From assembly GCF_009914755.1 (NCBI RefSeq), contig NC_060926.1: DNA of 64,000 nt, one strand, 5' to 3'. Origin of the DNA: the human T2T-CHM13v2.0 reference genome, Homo sapiens. A program made the translations under genes and the position numbers. Positions 56,001-64,000 of the stretch are shown piece by piece; position 1 is the first letter of the stretch; each line of letters starts with the position of its first letter. The notes beneath the pieces are model-generated. The model had not been told where the DNA came from and did not search any database. It was given only the letters and a program-made list of their open reading frames with translations.

Positions 56001-58634
56001 AAATAATTTGTCTCTAAGAATTTAATTTGTCTTTAAGAATTAGAAAGAAAAAGAATAAAACCAGGAAGAAAATGTAGTATTGGGATTTTTATGGACAAAA
56101 TTATTTCTGTCCCAGTTTTTTATATTTATGCCTTTGTTCACTGTGATTATTCTGCAGTTGATTGGTGAAAAAGCATATCTGTATGCTTTTTCAAGATGAT
56201 TGTTCATCAATGTGTTATTTTAAACAATTTTGATTTTATGTTATATTAAAGAGAATAGCTATAGGAAGCAAAGGGTTGTGTATAATGACCTAGTATTATT
56301 TAACAATGAGCTTAACATTTTTAGATAGAAACACAGCCTGATACTTTAAAGGTCTTCAAAACCTGGTACTAATATGTATAAGTTACTCAGTTAAGAAAAT
56401 ACAACAATTTAGGAATGAGTGACGAGGAGAATTAAGGCATATGATAAATGGAATTGCCAGTGGTTGATTTAGACATGTGCAATTGACTATAAAATCAACC
56501 ATTGGTTTGTAGTTTTATTGCAATTCCATTTCTTCAGGAACAGTCTTGACATATAAAACTATTGAATATTATAGTCAGTAAGATATCATATAATATCTAC
56601 TTTGTCAAAAAAAAGTATACTTTCTAAATTAATGAACAATTTCCAGGTGAAATACAAAGAGGAGAAATGTGGCATGGCTAACTTTTACTCAAATCCAAGG
56701 AGATTTGCTTGTCTTCCACACACATTGCCTTGTATTTAGAGTTATATCCTATAATTAAATCCAGAGGGAATGAGTTGAATTCTCTCTGGTAACTCATCTT
56801 TCAATGTTTTCACATAAATTTCAGGAATGTCTTGGTATAATAAAACTAATTGGTCTCCGTGGGAAATACAAAAGTGCATTTTGAAGAGGTTTGCTTTCAT
56901 TTTACTATGAGTTTTGTTTGGTATATTATTAATATGTAAAATAAAGAAGTAGGTATCTATACATATGCAAAATCAGTCCTATAATCCAAATATTATAATA
57001 GATGTATTACATGAGGCCTGTTTCAAGTCAGTTCTATGGAACACAAATTGTACTTTTCAGAAAAATAATGGTATCCCCAAAGATTATTATTCTGGACAAG
57101 ACTGAAAAATAACTATCTAAACTCCTAAAGCAATTTAAATCCTCCTTGGAATAAGGCAGGGGACAATAAATAAATAAGAAAAAACAAATAAAGCCTAATG
57201 TAAATGACTAATAGACTATGTATTAACAATGTTAACATGAAAAAGTAATAAAGAATTTCACTTTTATTTTCAGAAAATTAATGATCTGTACTCTAATTCA
57301 GGCATGAACTGGGAGATTCTAGTTTGAAAAGAGGTAAACAAAGTAAACATGGTATTTGACTGTAAAAATTTTAAGTATGTTAGAAGAAACTTAAATTTTC
57401 ACCGAAGTAGGGCTAATGGCAAAAGTACATTATTTGAGACATTCTCTATAGTGGCAGGACAAGCTGCTGACAGCAAAATTGATCTGGTTGCAAAATGGAG
57501 CTCAAGAGAAAATTTAAGCAAGAAGAAAACCATTGGAAACTATGGAATAGGCAATATCTTGAGAGTCTATGAGTCAGGAAAGATGACAAATTCCCAGCAG
57601 CAATTAATGGACAGAAAAAGATCAACTAAGAATTTCCTGCCTATATGCCTGCTGAGATAGAAAATTAATCTGAGGGGTTTATTTAAAATATATGGGTTAA
57701 TGGCTTACTCTTTGTAGCTGAATATAAATGACTTCCTTGATAAAATTAGAACAACGTATTTTTACCACAAGAATATATTTTAAAATAAGTAGTTCAATTA
57801 AGTTGACTAGAACTGTCTCCAATGCTTAGCACAGTGTTCAAATCTAGTATGTTGAGAAGAATATAATGGATCATCAATAAATATCAGATAAAAATTAATT
57901 TAATTAATATTTTGGGATTAAAAATTAAAATATTAGACATTAACATAATTGTTAATACTATTTTTGACATATTTTAACATACTTTTTAGAAATAATTCTT
58001 AGTAATTTTTATGTTGCTGTAATAAATGATATATTTATCTGAAATTCCAAAAAAACAACAACTGAGGTTTAGTGTAGTTTGGTCACAAAAAAAGAGCTAG
58101 TAGATAGCAGAGAATATATGCAGATTTAGACTGGCACCAGAGCCTGATCTTTTAGACACTATTCTATATGGGTTTTGAAAATTGAAACAAAGTCCAAATT
58201 TGAATCTCAGTCAGATTTCAGACCTGTCTGCACATAACCAGTAAAATAATGGGCAAATCCTTTGGATGTCACTTTTTAAGAAGAAGAGAATGGGAAAGTA
58301 ATTTGGCAAGGGGATTAGTGGAATTGTAATGTCAGAAAGGTTTCTGCTCAATATCTTTGCCCAAAACTAATGTACCTGTGCCTGAGCTGGTCATCAGGCT
58401 AAAGCTTCATTTTCTACTCAGGAAATCAGGGCTGGAAAAAGTAAAAAATTAAGTTTTATAATCTAACTTCATTGACCAAGCATTGGTGTCAGTTGCCCTG
58501 AAAATAGAGCATAAACTTGGGTCTGCAGCTTCTTTCCAGTAAGCAATTGAGCTGTGAGTTTCAGCATTAGTCCTTGCAGAACTTTAAGAAATCTTTAATT
58601 CTATCCAAAAGGAGATATCTACAACAACTTACTA

Positions 58635-61555
58635 ACTGAAGGGCCATTGGCCCTTGAATAACCAGCAGTGATAACACGGATACGACACTGAGGGACTTGG
58701 GTGTGGCTCTGATATTTAATGACTTCAGGTGAAACTCAGCACATTCCCAGCTGTGGCTACAGGGCAAGACTCCTGCTTGAGAAAACAGAGGTAACAGTAA
58801 AGGGGACTCTTGTCTTGCACCATACGTACCAGCTCAGCCACAGTGGAGTAGAGCACTAAGTGTCTTCTTCGGGTGCCTGATTCCAGGATTTGGCTCTTGG
58901 ATGGCATTTTTGGACCTGTTTTGGGCCAGAAGGGATGCCACTGTCCCTGAAGGGTGTCACAGGCCAGGCAGCATTTAGCAGAAGCTTACTGAAGGGCCTC
59001 TGGGCCTTCAAGAAACGTCAGTGGTAGTCTCCAGTACTTCCCATGGGCCTGTGGTGGTGTTGTCCACAAGGTGAAGCTCCTCTGTCTTTGGAAAGGGGAA
59101 GGAAGAGTGGGATAGAGTGCATCTTCTGGTTTGAGTGCCAGCTCAGCCACAATATAATAGAACATCAGGTAGACTTCTAAGGCTTTTGACTCTAGTTCTT
59201 GGCTCCTGAATGGCACCTCTAGACCCAACTAGGGCCCTGGGTGACCTCATCACCCTGAAAGAAAGAACACAGATCTGGCTTACTTTGCCACCTGCTGACT
59301 GTATTTCCCAAGGGCCTTGAGCGAGCATAGGCAGTAGCCAAAGAGTAGTTACAGCAGGGTGAGACCAAGTGCTGTGCTGGCTTCAGGTCTGACCCAGCGC
59401 AGTCATAATGGTGGATGTTTGTGTTATTCCACTCCCAGGTTTAGGTGGTTCAAAACAGAGACAGAGACTCTGTTTGTTTAGGAGAAATTGAGGGAAGTGA
59501 GCAAGAGTCTCTGCCTGGTAATCCAGATAATTCAACAGATTTTGTCAAAGAACATCAAGGCAGTACCTATACAAGTCTGCAAGAACCACAGCAGTACTGG
59601 GCTGGGGTGCCACCTAAAGCATCTACAGCTTAGATCAGAGCACCAAAGTCCTTCCAAATATCACCAAAGACGGACTGGTACAAACAAGACCAGACTGCAA
59701 AGACTAAAATAAATACCTAACTCTTCAATGCCCAGACACCAAAGAACATCTTTGTTCTTTGCATCAATGCCATCAGGGAAAACAAGACCTCACCAAATGA
59801 CCTAAATAAGGCACCAGGGACCAATCCTGGAGAAATAGAGATATATGACCTTTTAAGACAGAAAATTCAAAAATAACTGTTTTGAGGAAACTCAAAGAAA
59901 TTCAAGATGACACAAAGAAGGAATTCAAATCTGATCTGACAAATTTAACAAAGAGATTGTAATAATTAAAAAGAACCAGGCAGAAATTCTGGAGCTGAAA
60001 AATGTAACTGGCATACTGAGGAATGCATTAGTCTTTTAACAGCAGAATTGATCAAGCAGAAGAATGAATTACTGAATTTGAAGACAGACTATTATAAAAT
60101 ACACAGATGAGACAAAATTTTTTAAAAAAGAAACATGCATAAAGGATTTGGGAAATGGCCTCAAAGGGGCAAATCTTATTGGTCTTATAGAGGAGGTACA
60201 GAAAGAGAGGGGTAAAAAGTTCACTCAAAGAGATAATAAGAGAGAACTTTCCAAACCTAGAGAAAGATATCAATATCCAAGTACAGGAAGATTACAGAAC
60301 ACCAAGCAGATTCAACTCAATTAAGACTGCCTCAAGACATTTAATATTCAGACTCCAAAAGATCAAGAATAAATAAAGGATATTAAAAGCAGCAAGATAA
60401 AAGAAACAACATACAATACAGCTTCAATATGTCTGGCAACAGATGTTTTAGCGAAAATCTTACAGGCCACAAGAGAATAGCATGACATATTTAAAACACT
60501 GAAGAAAAAAAATTTTACGCTAGAATAGTATATCTGGTGAAAATATTATTCAAACTTGAGGGAGAAATAAAGACTTACAGGTTAAACAAAAACTGAGATA
60601 TTTCATCATCACCAGATCTGTCTTACAAGAAATACTAGAGATAGTTATTAAATCAGAAAAAAGGACATTAATGAATAATAAATAATCACCTGAAAATAAA
60701 AACTCACTGGTAATAGTAAGTAAACAGAGAAACACAGAATATTATAACATTGTAACAGTGGTGTGCAAAATACTCTCATCCGAAGTAGAAAGACTAAATG
60801 ATTAACCAATCAAAAATAATTACCAGAACAACTTTTCAAGACATAGAGAGTACAATAAGATATAACTAGAAACAACAAAAAGTTATAAAGTGGAGGCACA
60901 AAGTTAAAGCATAGTGTTTTTATTAGTTTTCTTTTTGTTTGACTGTTGATGCAAATAGCATTCAGTTGTTATCTGTTTAAAATAATTAATTGTAAGATAG
61001 TGTCTGCAAGTCTCATGGTAACCTCAAATCCAAAATCACACAAGAGATACACAAAAAATAAAAAGCAAGAAACTAAATCATATCACCAGAGAAAAATTAT
61101 CTTCACTGAAAGGAATACAGGAAGGAAAGAAAGAGGATAAGACCACAAAACAACCAAAGTACAAATTAAAAAATGGCAGGAGTAAGTTCTTGCTCATCAA
61201 TAATAACATTGAATATAAATACACTTAACTCTCCATTCAAAAGACAAAGACTGGATGAATGGATTAAAAAAAATGACACCCAGTGATCTTTTGCCTACAA
61301 GAAACATGGTTCACCTATGAAGACACATTTAGACTGAATTAAGGGATGGAAAATATATTCCATGCCAATGAAAACCAAAATTAATAATTTAATTGTACAT
61401 TTTAAAATAACTAAAAGAGTATAATTGGATTATTTGTAGCACAGGGCATAAACACAGTTCTCCATGATGTTAGTATTATATATTGCATGTCTACATCAAT
61501 ACGTCTCATGTACCCCACAAATATATACACCTACTATCTAACCACAATAATTAAA
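58635..61555 (+). mobile_element. Internally deleted L1MA: partial 5' UTR, ORF1 and ORF2 start, joined to the terminal ~175 nt
   Basis: Reverse-complement homologue of ~49650-52380; junction at 61380/61381 to the L1MA 3' end (taataatttaattgtacatttt...atatatacacctactat). Confidence 0.88.
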
Positions 61556-61599
61556 CCTTTTTTAAAAGGTGAGTTAAGAATAGATTGTTTCAGAAAGCC

Positions 61600-61767
61600 A
61601 ATGGACACTTTGAAAAATAAATAAATAAAAGTGATAAACCTCAGGCAAGTTTGATCAAGACATAAAGAAAAGACAGACACACACGAACTATACAACAGGA
61701 ATGGCACAGGTGAAAGAACTACATAGCTGAGACATAAACAAGACAAAAGAACGTTATGAAAATAACC
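61600..61767 (+). mobile_element. Ancient L1 ORF2 fragment
   Basis: tttgaaaaa...gataaacctcaggcaagtttgatcaaga...gttatgaaaataacc. Confidence 0.55.
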
Positions 61768-64000
61768 CTGTTCCTGTATTGGTTTGCTGAGAATGATGGT
61801 TTCCAGCTTCATCCATGTTCCTGCAAAGGACATGAACTCATCCTTTTTTATGGCTGCATAGTATTCCATGGTGTATATGTGCCACATTTTCTTTATCCAG
61901 TCTATCATTCATAGGCATTTGGGTTGGTTCCATGTCTTTGCTATTGTGAATAGTGCCTCAATAAACATACATGTGCATGTGTCTTTATCATAGAATGTTT
62001 TATAATCCTTTGGGTATAGATCCAGTAATGGGATTGCTGGGTCAAATGGTATTTCTAGTTCTAGATCCTTGAGGAATTGCCACACTGTCTTCCACAATGG
62101 TTGAACTAATTTACACTCCCACTAACAGTGTAAAAGCATTCCTGTTTCTCCACATCCTCTCCAACATCTGTTGTTTCCTGAGTTTTTAATAATCACCATT
62201 CTAACTGGCATGAGATAGTGTCTCATTGTGGTTTTGATTTGCATTTCTCTAATGACCAGTGATGATGAGCTTTTTTTCATGTTTGTTGGCCACATAAATG
62301 TCTTTTTTTGAGAAGTGTCTGTTCATATCCTTTGCCCACTTTTTGATAAGGTTGTTTGTTTTGTTCCTTGTAAATTCTGGATATTAGCCCTTTGTCAGAT
62401 GGATAGATTGCAAAAATTTTCTCCCATTCTGTAGGTTGCCTTTTCACTCTGATGATAGTTTCTTTTGATGTGCAGAAGCTCCTTAATTTAATTGGATCCC
62501 CTTTGTCAATTTTGGCTTTTGTTGCAATTGCTTTTGGTGTTTTAGTCATGAAGTCTTTGCCCATGCTTATGTCCTGAATGGTATTGCCTAGGTTTTTCTC
62601 CAGGGTTTTCATGGTTTTAGGGCTTCACTTTAAGTTTTTAATCCATCTTAAGTTAATTTTTGTATAAGGTGTAAGGAAGGGGTCTAGTTTCAGTTTTCTG
62701 CATATGGCTAGCCAGTTTTCCCAAGACCATTTATTAAATAGGGAATCCTTTTCCCATTGCTTGTTTTTGTCATGTGTGTCAAAGATCAGATGCCTGTAGA
62801 TGTGTGGCATTGTTTCTGAGGCCTCTTTTCTGCTCCATTGGTCTATATATCTGTTTTGGAAGCCTTGTATCCCAAAACCATGCTTCTTTGGTTATTGTAG
62901 TCTTGTAGTATAGTTTGAAGTCACGTAACATGATGCCTCCAGCTTTGTTCTTTTTGCTTAGGATTGTCTTGGCTATACAGGCTCTTTTTTGGTTCCATAT
63001 GAAATTTAAAGTAGTTTTTTCTAATTCTCTGAAGAAAGTCAATGGTAGCTCAATGGGGATAGCATTGAATCTATAAATTACTTTGGACAGTATGGCCATT
63101 TTCACGCTATTAATTCTTCCCATCCATAAGCATGGAATGTTTTACCATTTATTTGTTTCCTCTCTTATTTCCTTAAACAGTGCTTTGTAGTTCTCTTTTA
63201 AGAGGTCCTTCACATCCCTTGTAAGTTGGATTCCTAGGTATTTTATTCTCTTTGCAGCGATTGTGAATGGGGGTTCACTCATGATTTGCTTCTCTGTCTA
63301 TTATCAGTATATGGGAATGCTTCTGATTTTTGCAAATTGATTTTGTATCTGAGACTTGCTGAAGTTGCTTATCAGCTTAAGGAGTGTCTGGCCTGTGATG
63401 ATGGGGTTTTCTAAATATACAATCATGTCATCTGCAAACAGAGACAATTTGACTTCCCCTCTTCATATTTGAATACGCTTTATTTCTTTCTCTTTCCTGA
63501 TTGCCCTGGCCAGAACTACCAATACTTTGTTGAATAATAGTGGTGAGAGAGGGCATCCTTGTCTTGTGCCGGTTTTCCAAAGGAATGCTTCCAGCTTTTG
63601 CCCATTCAGTATGATATTGGCTGTGGGTTTGTCATAAATAGCTCTTATTATTTTGAGATATATTCCATCAATACCTAGTTTATTGAGAGTTTTTAGCATG
63701 AAGGGTGTTGAATTTTATCAGACCTTTTCTGCATCTATTGAGATAATCATGTGGTTTTTGTCATTGGTTCTGTTTATGTGACGGATTACGTTTATTGATT
63801 TGTGTATGTTGAACCAGCCTTGCATCCCAAGGATGAAGCTGACTTGATCGTGGTAGATAAGCTTTTTGATGTGTTGCTAGATTCGGTTTGCTAGTATTTT
63901 ATTGAGGATTTCGCATCGATGTTCATCAGGGATATTGCCCTGAAATTTTCTTTGTTGTTGTGTCTCTGCCAGGTTTTAGTATTAGGATGATGCTGGCTTC
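61768..64000 (-). mobile_element. L1PA7-type element lacking its last ~240 nt and tail; runs off the window end
   Basis: ORF2p remnants in the ORF track ([38 protein letters not shown]); starts abruptly at ctgttcctg. Confidence 0.95.

Overview
Primate (simian, probably catarrhine) nuclear DNA, AT-rich and dominated by interspersed repeats: AluS/AluY, L1PA/L1MA/L1MC, L2, MIR, THE1/MLT1/MER21/ERV1 LTRs, and the MER20 and MER44 DNA transposons. I can support no intact protein-coding gene; most ORF-track entries are Alu, L1 or low-complexity read-throughs. Two non-repeat relics are clear: a ~1.35 kb nuclear mitochondrial insertion (NUMT: 3' ND2, the Trp-Ala-Asn-OL-Cys-Tyr cluster, 5' COX1; 34475-35827) and a 5'-truncated ATP5F1A retrocopy (40647-41068) inside an old L1. 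The most unusual signal is structural. An L1PA7-type element appears split into two collinear pieces ~37.9 kb apart (23619-23855 and 61768-64000) whose breakpoints abut within 1-2 nt on the L1 sequence. Smaller repair and retrotransposition scars include a tailless Alu with a target-site duplication (TSD), a 29-bp templated insertion, a fold-back inversion at an L1 break and a duplicated CTCF motif in MER20. Subfamily names come from recalled consensus sequences, not a search, and the boundaries of old repeats are approximate. I found no evidence for a new functional multi-gene system.
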